This document shows, one piece after another, positions 16,796-26,936 of a DNA stretch of 64,000 nt. Every line of letters begins with the position of its first letter. Positions within the stretch are counted from its first letter, which is position 1. A model generated the notes under the pieces. It did not search any database. It had not been told where the DNA came from and worked only from the letters and a program-made list of their open reading frames with translations. Both the position numbers and the translations under genes were made by a program. The stretch spans positions 1,827,889 to 1,891,888 of the forward strand of contig CAVPVV010000003.1 of NCBI GenBank assembly GCA_963709325.1. Reading direction: 5' to 3'. Source of the stretch: an uncultured Acidobacteriota bacterium (GTDB taxonomy: Bacteria; Acidobacteriota; Vicinamibacteria; Vicinamibacterales; UBA2999).

Positions 16796-18841
16796 GTGGG
16801 TAACGCCGACAGCTATCGTCCGGGCGTGAATCGTCTTGCGCTCCTCACCTTCACAGTAATTACCGGCGTGCTCGTGCGCGGGGCGGCTTTGGCACCGCCC
16901 GACCTCGCCCCCGGCGTTCGCGTCGAGAAGAACCAGCCGGCGAGGATGCGCGACGGTGCAGTGCTGCGGGCCGACGTCTATCGCCCGGCCGCGCCGGGCA
17001 GTTATCCGGTGCTCCTCCAGCGCACGCCCTACTCGAAGAACGACGAGGAGGCGCCGCAGCGCTTCAGCGCGATCGCTGCGAAGGGGTTTATCGTTGCCGT
17101 CCAGGACACGCGCGGCCGGTACATGTCCGACGGTGTCGCGGTCCCGCACGACGAAGCACAGGACGGCTACGACTCGGTCGAGTGGGCGGCAAAGCTCCCT
17201 GGATCGAACGGACGCGTCGGAATGTTCGGCGGCAGTTATCTGGCCACCACGCAGCTCGAGGCGGCGACGACGCAGCCGCCGTCGCTGAAGGCGCTGTTCC
17301 CGGCCTCGTCGTACGCGCGGCGCCACGACATGGTGTTCCAGGGCGGCGCGTTCTATCTGAGTGATGGGCTCTCGTGGAACCTGGGGCAGGCCGTCGACGT
17401 ACGCCGCCGCGTGCTCACGCCGGCAGTGAATCGGGACGGCCCGATCGGCCTGGACGCCGAGCAACGCCAGACGCTGCGCAACACGTGGTACTGGCACCTG
17501 CCGCTCAAGTCGATGAACGAGTTGGACCTGCGGCGGTTCGCCCCAGGCTACTTTCAAATGCTCGATCACCCGGGCTTCGACGGCTTCTGGGACCCCGCCG
17601 ACATCCAGAAGCGGCACGACAAGTTTCTGGTTCCCGCCTTTCACCTCACCGGCTGGTACGACACGCTCCTCACCGGCACGCTCAAGAACTTCACCGGGCT
17701 CCGCGCCCGCGCCGCGAACGAAACGGCGCGCAAGTACCAGCGGCTGGTGATCGGGCCGTGGACGCACGCCCGGCCGACGCTCAAGAGCACGGCAATCGGC
17801 GAGGTGTCCTACGGTCCGAACGCCGGGTTCGATTCCGAAGGCGCGATGGTGCGCTGGTTCGAGTACTGGCTGAAGGACGGCGACCGCGCGGTCCTCGACA
17901 CCGCTCCGGTCCGCCTCTTCGTGATGGGCGCCAACGAGTGGCGGAACGAGCAGGAGTGGCCGCTGTCGCGTGCGAAACAGACTCCTTATTACCTCTCGAG
18001 CGGCGGCCGAGCCAACACCGCGGCCGGCGATGGCCTGCTGAGCATCAGCCCGCCGGGCGCGAGCTCCAGGCCCGACACCTACACCTACGACCCGAACGAT
18101 CCCGTGCCGACCGGCGCCAGCGGCGGCTACTCGCGCAACCCCGCGGATCAGCGCGGCATCGAGCAGCGCCCCGACGTGCTCGTCTACACTACCGCCCCAC
18201 TGTCCGAGGACATCGAGGTTACCGGGCCGCTGGCGGTGACGATATGGATTCAGTCGAGCGCGAAGGACACCGACTTTACCGGGAAGCTGGTTGACGTCTT
18301 CCCGGACGGCACGGCACGGCCGCTGGCCGATGGCATCCTGCGGGCGCGGTATCGAAGCGGTCCGGCGACGCCGACCCTGCTGACACCTGGATCGCCGACC
18401 GAGATCACGATCGATCTCGGCGCCACGTCGAACCTGTTCAAAGCGGGTCATCGCGTCAGGCTCGAGGTTTCGAGCAGCAACTTCCCCCGCTTCGACCGCA
18501 ACCCGAATACCGGTGGCGTGTTCGGCGAAGACCGCGACGTGCAGCCGGCGGAACAGGCGATCCTGCACGACGCGGCGCATCCGTCGCGGCTGATTCTCCC
18601 GGTGATTCCGCGCCAGGGCGGAGCTCGAACGGCGGCTTCGCCGGGCGCGATCGACGGCGCGGTCGGGACATCGGGTACGCAAGCCGCTCAGCCTGCGGCA
18701 AACAGTTCATTCCTCGTCGTCAACGCTCGGCTGATCGACGGGACGGGTTCAGCCGGGGCGCCAGGCGGCGGTTCGCGTGGCAAACGGGCGCATCACCGAG
18801 GTCGGTGCGCTCACGCCGGCGCAGAACGAACAGGTGATTGA
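16796..18841 (+). CDS. CocE/NonD family (S15, X-Pro dipeptidyl-peptidase-like) hydrolase. The ORF continues without a stop into the N-terminus of the next enzyme.
   Basis: A likely GTG start at 16826 gives the signal-like NRLALLTFTVITGVLVRGAALA. Family matches include RDGAVLRADVYRP...YPVLLQRTPYSK...DTRGRYMSDG...GMFGGSYLATTQ. The hydrolase domain ends at about 18613 (..LILPVIPR). A 30-aa Ala/Gly/Thr/Gln linker follows, then SSFLVVNARLIDGTGSAGAPGG. Confidence 0.85.
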   Translation: MGNADSYRPGVNRLALLTFTVITGVLVRGAALAPPDLAPGVRVEKNQPARMRDGAVLRADVYRPAAPGSYPVLLQRTPYSKNDEEAPQRFSAIAAKGFIVAVQDTRGRYMSDGVAVPHDEAQDGYDSVEWAAKLPGSNGRVGMFGGSYLATTQLEAATTQPPSLKALFPASSYARRHDMVFQGGAFYLSDGLSWNLGQAVDVRRRVLTPAVNRDGPIGLDAEQRQTLRNTWYWHLPLKSMNELDLRRFAPGYFQMLDHPGFDGFWDPADIQKRHDKFLVPAFHLTGWYDTLLTGTLKNFTGLRARAANETARKYQRLVIGPWTHARPTLKSTAIGEVSYGPNAGFDSEGAMVRWFEYWLKDGDRAVLDTAPVRLFVMGANEWRNEQEWPLSRAKQTPYYLSSGGRANTAAGDGLLSISPPGASSRPDTYTYDPNDPVPTGASGGYSRNPADQRGIEQRPDVLVYTTAPLSEDIEVTGPLAVTIWIQSSAKDTDFTGKLVDVFPDGTARPLADGILRARYRSGPATPTLLTPGSPTEITIDLGATSNLFKAGHRVRLEVSSSNFPRFDRNPNTGGVFGEDRDVQPAEQAILHDAAHPSRLILPVIPRQGGARTAASPGAIDGAVGTSGTQAAQPAANSSFLVVNARLIDGTGSAGAPGGGSRGKRAHHRGRCAHAGAERTGD

Positions 18842-20117
18842 CGCCGGTGGGCTCGTCCTCGCACCGGGCTTCATCGACGCCCACAACCACTCGACCGACG
18901 GACTGCTCACCGAGCCGCTCGCCGCGAGCCAGGTGTCGCAGGGCATCACCACGGTGTTCGTCGGGCAGGACGGCAGCTCGCCGTGGCCGATTGCCGATTA
19001 CCTCGGAAAGCTGCGCGCCGCACCGGCGGCGCTGAACGTGATCACCGGCGTCGGGCACGCGACCGTGCGCCAGATGGTCATGGGCGAGGACTACAAGCGG
19101 GTCGCGAGCCCCGACGAGATCGCGAAGATGGAAGCGCTCGTCGACCAGGGCATGCGCGAGGGCGCGATCGCGCTGTCGAGCGGCCTGGAATACGAGATCG
19201 GCAGCTATTCGAACACCGACGAACTGGTGGCGCTGGCCCGCGTCGCCGCGAAGCACAACGGCATCTACATCTCGCACACTAGGGACGAAGCGGACAAATC
19301 GTTCGATTCGATCCGCGAGTTGATTGCGATCGCCGAGCGCGCGAAGATTCCGGCGCAGAACACCCACATCAAGCTGGGGACGATCGGCGTGTGGCACAAG
19401 GCGGACGAGGCCATTCGGCTGCTGGATCAGGCCCGCGCGCGGGGTCTCGACGTCACCGCCGACGTCTACCCGTACAACGCGTGGTCTTCGACCATCACGG
19501 TGCTGATCCCGAGCAAGCGCTACGACGATCCCGAAGCGGTGACCCAGGGGCTCAACGACGTGGGCGGCGCCGGGAATATCCTGATCACCCGGCACGCCGC
19601 GCACCCGGACTACGAGTTCAAGACGCTCGCCGACGTCGCGAAGACCCAGAACATCACGCCGGTGGAGGCGTTCATCCAGATCGTCAAGGACGGGGGCGCC
19701 TCGGTGGTCTGCACCTCGATGGTCGACGACGACATCCGTGCGTTCGTGCGATGGCCGCACGCCATGTTCTCGAGCGACGGCGGCATCGGCATGCGCCACC
19801 CGCGCGGCGCCGGCTCGTTCCCGCGTGTGCTCGGCCTGTTCGTGCGCGAGCGGAAGTGGCTGACCCTGGAAGAGGCGATCCGCAAGATGACGTCGCTGAC
19901 GGCAGCTCGGCTCTCGCTGCCTGACCGCGGCACGGTGAAACCTGGAATGTGGGCCGACCTGGTGCTCTTCGATCCGGTGACGATCATCGATCGCAGCACC
20001 TTCAGCGACCCGTTCGTGCTCTCGACCGGCGTCAGGAAGGTCTGGGTGAACGGCGGCCTGGTGTGGGATGAGGATCACACGGCCGGAGGGCGGCCCGGGA
20101 GAGTGTTGGGGAGATAG
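18777..20117 (+). CDS. N-acyl-D-amino-acid deacylase (D-aminoacylase) family amidohydrolase. Its true N-terminus lies in the upstream ORF frame, with a frameshift at about 18765-18772.
   Basis: VANGRITEVG...VIDAGGLVLAPGFIDAHNHS...GITTVFVGQDG...SGLEY...ISHTRDE...HIKL...TADVYPY...FSSDGG. The preceding beta-strand LVVNARLIDGTG is encoded from 18704 in the CocE frame. Confidence 0.85.
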   Translation: MANGRITEVGALTPAQNEQVIDAGGLVLAPGFIDAHNHSTDGLLTEPLAASQVSQGITTVFVGQDGSSPWPIADYLGKLRAAPAALNVITGVGHATVRQMVMGEDYKRVASPDEIAKMEALVDQGMREGAIALSSGLEYEIGSYSNTDELVALARVAAKHNGIYISHTRDEADKSFDSIRELIAIAERAKIPAQNTHIKLGTIGVWHKADEAIRLLDQARARGLDVTADVYPYNAWSSTITVLIPSKRYDDPEAVTQGLNDVGGAGNILITRHAAHPDYEFKTLADVAKTQNITPVEAFIQIVKDGGASVVCTSMVDDDIRAFVRWPHAMFSSDGGIGMRHPRGAGSFPRVLGLFVRERKWLTLEEAIRKMTSLTAARLSLPDRGTVKPGMWADLVLFDPVTIIDRSTFSDPFVLSTGVRKVWVNGGLVWDEDHTAGGRPGRVLGR

Positions 20118-20146
20118 CGCCAGCGAGTCTGGCAGCTGGAGGTGGT

Positions 20147-21529
20147 ATGCGGACAGTGCGTCTCTCGGCGGTCGTCCTAATCGCAGCACTCTCCGGCGCG
20201 GCGACGTTGGCGCAAGGGGCGCGGGCGGGCGTCATGGTGTTCGAGGGCGCGCGGATTATCGACGGCAATGGCGGGCCGCCGATCACCAACGGCGCACTGG
20301 TCGTGCAGGACGGGCGCCTCGTTGCGGTCGGCGCACGCGAGGCCGTGCAGGTGCCGGCGGGCGCGACCCGGGTGGACGTCAGCGGCAAGACGATCATGCC
20401 GGCGATGATCAACGCCCACGTCCACATGGGCTACGAGGGCTACACCACGTGGGGCGCTCGCAACCACACGCCCGAGAACCTGCTCGATCACCTGCAGCGT
20501 GAAGCGTTTTACGGCGTCGCGGCCGCGACCTCGGTCGGCAGCAGTCCGACGGAGATGTCTCTCCAGTTCCAGAAGGATCAGCAGGCCGGCAAGTTTCCAC
20601 CCGTGGCCCGCTACCTGTTCATGCCGGGCATGGCCCCGCCCAACGGCGGCCCCGATCACATCCTCCGCGTCGCCACCAACGAGCTCCACGTCGTCAACGA
20701 GGTGACCACGCCGGCGGAGGCGCGGGCAGCAGTCCAGCGGATGGACAAGCAGGGCATCCGTCACGTCAAGCTGTGGTTCGACGATCGCGGCAACAGCTAT
20801 CCGAAGCTGTCGCCCGAGGTGATGCAGGCAATCATCGACGAAGCGCACGCCCTTAAGATGACGGTCCACGCCCACGCCATCCAGATCGCCGACCAGAAGG
20901 CGGTGGTGGCCGCCGGCGCCGACGTCCTCGTTCACATGGTCCAGCGCCAGCCGCTCGACCAGGAATTCCTCACCCTGCTTCGCGAGAAGCGGCCGTATTG
21001 GGCGACCGTCATCTCGCTCGGCGACCCGGTCGAGGTGTGCAACAAGGATCCGTTCTTCGAGGAGGCGATGCCGCCGTCGGTCGTCGCCAAGATCAGGGCG
21101 ACGATGGATCGGGCGTCGCTGGTTCCAAGCTGCGGCCCGCTGCCGTCGACTGCCTCGGACCGGGAGCGGCAGATGGCGATCAACTTCCCGAAGATGATCG
21201 AGGCGGGCGTGAAGTTGGTACTCGCCACCGACACCGGCATCCATCCGGGACACACGTTCGGATCCGGCGAGCACGTGGAGCTCGCGCGGTGGGTGCAGCT
21301 CGGGCTGCCGACGAGCGAGGCGATCGTGGCCGCGACGAAGACGCCGGCCGAGCTGATGGGGCTCACCGACCTCGGCACGCTGGCGCCGGGCAAGCGCGCC
21401 AGCTTCATCGTGCTGGATGGGAACCCGCTGGAGAACATCCGCAGCACGCGGAAGATCTCCGACGTCTACCTGGATGGCGTCAAGTTCGACCGCGAGGCCG
21501 TCCGCGCGAAGTGGAAGGCGCTGAAGTAG
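20147..21529 (+). CDS. Exported amidohydrolase family protein
   Basis: Signal peptide MRTVRLSAVVLIAALSGAATLAQG. Family matches include FEGARIIDGNG...TIMPAMINAHVHMG...VHAHA...LVLATDTG... Confidence 0.9.
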   Translation: MRTVRLSAVVLIAALSGAATLAQGARAGVMVFEGARIIDGNGGPPITNGALVVQDGRLVAVGAREAVQVPAGATRVDVSGKTIMPAMINAHVHMGYEGYTTWGARNHTPENLLDHLQREAFYGVAAATSVGSSPTEMSLQFQKDQQAGKFPPVARYLFMPGMAPPNGGPDHILRVATNELHVVNEVTTPAEARAAVQRMDKQGIRHVKLWFDDRGNSYPKLSPEVMQAIIDEAHALKMTVHAHAIQIADQKAVVAAGADVLVHMVQRQPLDQEFLTLLREKRPYWATVISLGDPVEVCNKDPFFEEAMPPSVVAKIRATMDRASLVPSCGPLPSTASDRERQMAINFPKMIEAGVKLVLATDTGIHPGHTFGSGEHVELARWVQLGLPTSEAIVAATKTPAELMGLTDLGTLAPGKRASFIVLDGNPLENIRSTRKISDVYLDGVKFDREAVRAKWKALK

Positions 21530-21562
21530 CGACGCCAGCCGGAGGCAGCTGGAGCCGCGCCG

Positions 21563-22747
21563 CTACTTGACCGCGGCAAGCACGCGATCGAGCGCGTCGT
21601 AAGGGGCGAACTCCGGCGACTCGTAGATGTTCCACCCGGTGAACACCGCGATCAGGTCGTACTCGGGCACGACGATCAGGCGCTGGCCGCCGTAGCCGAG
21701 CGCGGCGTAGGCGTGCTTGCCAGCGGTGCCGTAGGGCAGCACCCACCACTGGTAGCCGTACTTCCGCGAGCGATCGACGCCGGGGCGCGTGTCCACCTTC
21801 GGGCTCGTTGACGCCTCCACCCAGCCCTGAGGCAGGAGCCGCTTGCCCTCCCACATGCCGTCGTGCAGGTACAGATACCCGAGCTTTGCCAGGTCACGAG
21901 ACCCGATGTACAGCCCGCCCTCGGTGTCGGCGAGCCCCTTCGGCGTCGTCTTCCAGTAGGTGTCGGTGATCCCGAGCGGCCCGAACAGGTGCTCGGCGGC
22001 GTACTCGTGCGCCTGCTTGCCGGTCCCCTTCTTGATCAAGTACGAGAGCAGTTCGGTGGCGCCGCTGTTGTAGACGAACTTCGTTCCCGGCGCGTCGGCC
22101 AGCGGCTGGTCGAGCACGTACTGAATCCAGTCTTCGCTGTGCTCCATGTTCGCGCAGCTGTTCGCCGGGTCTGTATAGGTGACCGTGCTCTCGTCCCACC
22201 TGATCCCCGTCGTCATCGTCAGCACGTTCTCGAGCGTCATGTCGGCCCGGCGGGGGTCCGCGTCTGGAATCTTGAACCCCTCGAACATCGGCATCGCCTT
22301 CGTCTGCACCGCCGGGAGCTCGCCGCGTCCAATCGCGATGCCGACCAGCGCCGACGTGAAACTCTTGCTCACCGACTGCATCGTGTGCAGCTTCCCGTGC
22401 TTGTAGAAGGGATGCCAGTCCGGATCGTAGTAGTTGTACGGGCCGCGGACCGGGTCACGTCCCTCGAACAGCTTGTCGAAGTCGTGGCTGTACGACTTGT
22501 CGAACACCACCTTGCCGTGGCGAATGACCAGCATGCTCGTGATCTGCCCGCGCTTGCCCGACGCGAACTCCGCGTCGAGCGCGTTGAGCGTGGGACCGTC
22601 CAGACCCTCGGCGTCGGGCGTCGACGAAGGCCAGCCTTTCGTCGGCCACGTCATCGTGGAACCGGTGCCGGATGCAGGCGCCGCGGCGGGTGACGGGGAG
22701 CAGGCCGCGAGCGACAACGCCAGCGAGCAAACCAGAAGAGAGCGCAT
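21563..22747 (-). CDS. Serine hydrolase of the beta-lactamase / class-C PBP-like family, lipoprotein
   Basis: MRSLLVCSLALSLAAC is a lipobox. SxxK motif in HTMQSVSKSFTSALVG. Confidence 0.9.
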   Translation of the reverse strand: MRSLLVCSLALSLAACSPSPAAAPASGTGSTMTWPTKGWPSSTPDAEGLDGPTLNALDAEFASGKRGQITSMLVIRHGKVVFDKSYSHDFDKLFEGRDPVRGPYNYYDPDWHPFYKHGKLHTMQSVSKSFTSALVGIAIGRGELPAVQTKAMPMFEGFKIPDADPRRADMTLENVLTMTTGIRWDESTVTYTDPANSCANMEHSEDWIQYVLDQPLADAPGTKFVYNSGATELLSYLIKKGTGKQAHEYAAEHLFGPLGITDTYWKTTPKGLADTEGGLYIGSRDLAKLGYLYLHDGMWEGKRLLPQGWVEASTSPKVDTRPGVDRSRKYGYQWWVLPYGTAGKHAYAALGYGGQRLIVVPEYDLIAVFTGWNIYESPEFAPYDALDRVLAAVK

Positions 22748-22771
22748 CCGCCAGATGATAGCGGAAACGGA

Positions 22772-25141
22772 TCACTCGTCACGGAGCAGCGTGGCGAGGT
22801 TGACGCGCGTCGCGTGACGCGCCGGGCTGGTGCCTGCGAGGAGCGCCGCACCGCCAATCGCCGCCGCGACGGCCAGGGCGCGCGGCCAATCGAGGAGATT
22901 GGCGCCGTACACGAGATTGCGGCCGGCCACTGACACGAGCGGCAGCGACAGAAGACCCAGCGCCAGGCCGATTGCCGTCACCGACCCGACTTCACTGCCG
23001 ACGCTGCGCCACAGCCGGCCCGGGGTAGCGCCCACCGCCTGACGGACCGCCCACTCCCGACGACGACGGATCACGACAAGCACCATCCGCGCGTAAAGGC
23101 CGGCGAGTGTCAGCAGCAAGGACGCACCGCCAAACAGCCCGATCGCCTGAGCGTGCAGCCGCGGCGAGCGGGTCCAGGCCACCTGCAGATCGGCCAGCGG
23201 CCGCGGCGGACCGCTCGCAATCGCATCGTCCAGACGCCCGAGCTCTTCGCGAACGGCGCCCAGCGCCGCCGCCGCATCCAGGGTCGGCTCCACCAGCAGG
23301 GTCATGAACGGCCAAGGCGCCTGGAGATAGGGCAGATACAACACCGCCTCGGCCCGGGGATCGGTCGAGATCGGCTGCCGGACATCGCCGACGACGCCGA
23401 TGACGGTGACGGGGTTGGCGAGACCGGCGATTTGGAGGCGCACGCCAATCGGATCATCGCTGCCCCAGTAACGGTGAGCCAGGGCCTGGCTCAGGATGCA
23501 GACGTCCGGAGCGCCGGGCCCGTCACGATCGTCGAACAAGCGGCCGTGCAGCAGCGGGATGCCGAGGGCACGAAACGCGGCCGCATCCACCGCCGCGGGC
23601 GACGCGCTCTGCGCGTCCGAGACCGTGGTCCGCCCCTCGATGGTGAACCGAAGGTTGCCGAGCGCCGCGGTCGGCGGCACGTAGCTCGAGGCCGATACCG
23701 TCCGGACCTCAGGCCTGCTGCGGATGACGGAGAGCAGCCGCGTGAAGAAGTCACGCTGCGAGGCTTCGGTCGCATAGCGCGTTTCGGGCAGGACGATCTC
23801 GAGCGCCTGCCGGTCCGCCGAATCCGGGCGAGTGAGCTCCGTCAGCGCGCGCACGTTTCGCGAAAGCGCGATCGCCACCGTGCCAACCACCAGGGCGAGC
23901 GCGATCTGGCTGGCCAGAGCAACGCGCGATCCGCGACGCCGGCTCGATCGCGTGTCGGTTACCAGGCGCGAAGCGAAGAGCACGCTCCGAAATGCCGGCC
24001 CGGCTGCCGCGATACCCACGAAAGCGGCGAACAGGATCACTCCTGCGGCGGCGGCGCGAAGGTCGAGACGCGGTGCGAAGTCGAACAAGCTGTCGGGACC
24101 AGAGACGATCGCCGACACGATCCGCAGGCACGCCATCGCGACAGGGATCGCGCCGGCCAGTCCGACCACCGCCCAGAGCGCCGTTTCGATGAGCAGCCCG
24201 CGCATGACCTGTACCCGCGAGCCGCCGACGGCCATGCGCGTCACCAATTCCTGCCGTCGTCCCGACCACCACGCCGAGACGAGGGCTCCGACGTTCAGGC
24301 ACGCCACGGCGAACGTCAGGACAACGATGGCGCTGAGCGAGGCGGTCGCAGCGCCTGACAACTCGAGCAGGCTGTCGCGGAGCGGCACGGCCGCGGCGTG
24401 CCAGTCGCGTGTGGTGTCCGGATGCTCGTTCGCGAGCCGTCGGTACTCCGCCTCGAGCTCAGCGCTCGCCTCGGCGGCGGTGAGATTGTCACGGAGCCGG
24501 CCGATGGCGCCGACGAGATGGAACTGACGGTTGGCGCGCTCGTCCGCAGTCATGATCCACGGGATCCAGATTTCGAACTGACCGATCGCTGACGCGGCCG
24601 CGGGCATCACGCCCAGCACCGAGTATGGAACGCCGTCGATGCGCAGCATCGAACCGACCGCGCCGCGGTCCGCGCCCATCCGGCTCCGCCACAATCGCTC
24701 ACTTACCACCGCCACGCGTCCATCGCCCTCGAAGTCCGCGTCGAGAATCGCGCGCCCGGCGAGCGGCGCCACGGTCCACACGTCGAAGAACCGGGGCAGG
24801 ACCTTGGCCGTCTTCACCCGCACGGCGCCGTCGGCGCCGCTCACGTTCACGTCGATCCAGAAGCTTCCGCTCACCGCGCTGAAGGCGTGGACGGACCGCG
24901 ACCAGTCGAGGAAGTTTGCCGGTGTTACCGCCATCCGGCCGCGCTCGGGATGGCGCTCGATGATGGTGACGATCCGGTCGGCCGACACGAGCGGGAGCGA
25001 CCGCAGGTACAACGCGTCCAGCATCGACCACATCGCGAGCGCGAACCCCAGACCGGTCGCCGCCAGCAGCATCACCAGCAGCGGAATCAGTGGGGCGCGC
25101 CGCGCGGCTCGGGCCGCGGCCAGCAACTCGGTACGGACCAT
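22772..25141 (-). CDS. ADOP-type duplicated FtsX/MacB-like ABC transporter permease, with no adjacent ATPase
   Basis: Frame of 22772..25273. Two MacB-like periplasmic-domain/FtsX halves are present (..VVSERLWRSRMGADRGAVGSMLRIDGVPYSVLGVMP.. and ..ILSQALAHRYWGSDDPIGVRLQI..VTVIGVVGDVRQ..). The start is uncertain (M45 at 25141, or upstream up to 25273). Confidence 0.85.
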   Translation of the reverse strand: MVRTELLAAARAARRAPLIPLLVMLLAATGLGFALAMWSMLDALYLRSLPLVSADRIVTIIERHPERGRMAVTPANFLDWSRSVHAFSAVSGSFWIDVNVSGADGAVRVKTAKVLPRFFDVWTVAPLAGRAILDADFEGDGRVAVVSERLWRSRMGADRGAVGSMLRIDGVPYSVLGVMPAAASAIGQFEIWIPWIMTADERANRQFHLVGAIGRLRDNLTAAEASAELEAEYRRLANEHPDTTRDWHAAAVPLRDSLLELSGAATASLSAIVVLTFAVACLNVGALVSAWWSGRRQELVTRMAVGGSRVQVMRGLLIETALWAVVGLAGAIPVAMACLRIVSAIVSGPDSLFDFAPRLDLRAAAAGVILFAAFVGIAAAGPAFRSVLFASRLVTDTRSSRRRGSRVALASQIALALVVGTVAIALSRNVRALTELTRPDSADRQALEIVLPETRYATEASQRDFFTRLLSVIRSRPEVRTVSASSYVPPTAALGNLRFTIEGRTTVSDAQSASPAAVDAAAFRALGIPLLHGRLFDDRDGPGAPDVCILSQALAHRYWGSDDPIGVRLQIAGLANPVTVIGVVGDVRQPISTDPRAEAVLYLPYLQAPWPFMTLLVEPTLDAAAALGAVREELGRLDDAIASGPPRPLADLQVAWTRSPRLHAQAIGLFGGASLLLTLAGLYARMVLVVIRRRREWAVRQAVGATPGRLWRSVGSEVGSVTAIGLALGLLSLPLVSVAGRNLVYGANLLDWPRALAVAAAIGGAALLAGTSPARHATRVNLATLLRDE

Positions 25142-25290
25142 TCTCGCCAAGGCTATCTCACTCCTCGCGCCTGGCGAGGCTCCGCCGCGGACCGGCCAGC
25201 TGCCGAGCGGGTTGCGGCTCCGCCCGACCAGGCTCAGTGTCGTCTTGCCGCGCATCCGCGCGGCGTGCGGCACTGCTATGATGCGCGGCT

Positions 25291-26448
25291 ATGGCTCTCA
25301 CCCGGCGCGAACTCGTTCGGGTCCTCGGCGCGACGGCCGGCGTGGCATGCGCCGCAGACATCCCGGTGTTTGCCGTCAGCCCGCCGCCCGGCACCACCGA
25401 GGATCGGACCGTGATCCTCGGCGGGGACGGCGTGGGCCTGACGCCCCGCGCCTACGCTTCGCTCCTGGACCAGCTGGCGGCGAAAGCCGATGTCAAGGAG
25501 GACAATTACCTCCTCGGCGGCGAGGTCGAGCGCTTCGAGCAGCACTGGGCACAGCTGCTCGGCAAGGAGACCGCCGTCTTCATGCCGTCGGGCACGCTCG
25601 CCAATCACCTCGCGCTGCGGACGCTGGCGGGAACGAAGCGGCGGGTCATCGTGCCCGAGATGAGCCACGTCTACAACGACACCGGCGACGCGTGCCAGAC
25701 GCTGTCGGGGCTGACGCTGATGCCGCTTGCGCCGGGTACGGCAACCTTCACCCGCGCGGACGTCGAGGCGGTGCTCGCGAGAACGGCGGGCGGCCGGGTC
25801 GCCACCGACGTCGGGGCGATCCTGATCGAAAGCCCGATTCGGCGGCTGTCCGGTCAGCTGTTCGACTGGGACGAAGCGCAGCGAATCTGCCAGTTGGCGC
25901 GCGAACGCGGGATCGGCACGCACCTCGATGGCGCGCGAATGTTCATCGCATCGGCTTACACCGGCATCTCGCCGGCGGCGTATGCCGCGCCCTTCGATAC
26001 CGTCTACGTCTCGCTCTGGAAGTACTTCAACAGCGGCATCGGCGCGATCCTCGCCGGACCGAAGCAGCTGCTCGACGGCATGTTCCACGTCCGCCGCATG
26101 TTCGGCGGCAACCTCGCCGTCGGCTGGCAGGCCGCGCTCGTCGCCCGCCACTACATGGATGGTTTCACCGACCGCCTCGCGACCGCGGTCCCCGTGTCGG
26201 AGGACTTCTACAACCGCATCGCGCACCATCCCAAGGTCACGGTCAAGCGCATCCCGAGCGGGACCAACGTCGCACAGCTGATGCTCAAGGACGTTGACGG
26301 GGCGGCACTGGTGCGCCGGATGGCGGAGCGCGGCATTCGAGTGCCTGGTGTCAGCGCCTCCGGCAGCGTGACCGTCGGCGTCAACGAAACGTGGAACCGG
26401 ACGACCGGGGCGGAGCTGGCGCGCGCCTTCGAGCAGGCGCTCGGATGA
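25291..26448 (+). CDS. Threonine-aldolase-like PLP enzyme (beta-eliminating lyase fold) with a Tat-type signal
   Basis: MALTRRELVRVLGATAGVACAA. Also ...FMPSGTLANHLALRT...HLDGARMF...DTVYVSLWKYFN (probable PLP Lys). Confidence 0.8.
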   Translation: MALTRRELVRVLGATAGVACAADIPVFAVSPPPGTTEDRTVILGGDGVGLTPRAYASLLDQLAAKADVKEDNYLLGGEVERFEQHWAQLLGKETAVFMPSGTLANHLALRTLAGTKRRVIVPEMSHVYNDTGDACQTLSGLTLMPLAPGTATFTRADVEAVLARTAGGRVATDVGAILIESPIRRLSGQLFDWDEAQRICQLARERGIGTHLDGARMFIASAYTGISPAAYAAPFDTVYVSLWKYFNSGIGAILAGPKQLLDGMFHVRRMFGGNLAVGWQAALVARHYMDGFTDRLATAVPVSEDFYNRIAHHPKVTVKRIPSGTNVAQLMLKDVDGAALVRRMAERGIRVPGVSASGSVTVGVNETWNRTTGAELARAFEQALG

Positions 26449-26936
26449 TCGGAACGGATCGGACGCGCGGCTCGGCAGCGACGCCATCGGCGCAGGTTTC
26501 ACGCTTCATGGCCCGCTACGACGCCGACATCATCAGCGTCGCGATCGACGCTCGCGCCCGGCTCCGACGCCGGATGCCCGGGGCACACGAGCTCGTCTAC
26601 GACAACTACAACGCGCTGGTCATCGGGTTCGGGCCGACCGAGAGAGCGTCCGATGCGGTGATCTCGCTCGCGCTCTATCCGCGGTGGGTCACGCTGTTCT
26701 TCCTCTTCGGCGCTACGTTGCCGGATCCGCTCGGCCTTCTGAAAGGCTCCGGCAAACAGGTCCGATCGATCCGCCTCGAGACCGCGTCGATTGTGGACAC
26801 GCCGGGTGTCGGCGCGCTCCTCGACGCCGCGCTGGCGGAGGCGGATCCGCCGATGCCGTCACACGGCCGCGGCCGGGCGATCATCAAGTCCGTGTCGGCC
26901 AGGCAGCGCGCGCGGCGGCCGAAGGCGCGCCGATGA
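26445..26936 (+). CDS. DUF1801 (YdhG-like) domain protein
   Basis: The ATG at 26445 overlaps the upstream TGA (ATGA). ...YDNYNALVIGFGPTERASDAVISLALYPRWVTLFF is typical of DUF1801. Confidence 0.7.
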   Translation: MIGTDRTRGSAATPSAQVSRFMARYDADIISVAIDARARLRRRMPGAHELVYDNYNALVIGFGPTERASDAVISLALYPRWVTLFFLFGATLPDPLGLLKGSGKQVRSIRLETASIVDTPGVGALLDAALAEADPPMPSHGRGRAIIKSVSARQRARRPKARR

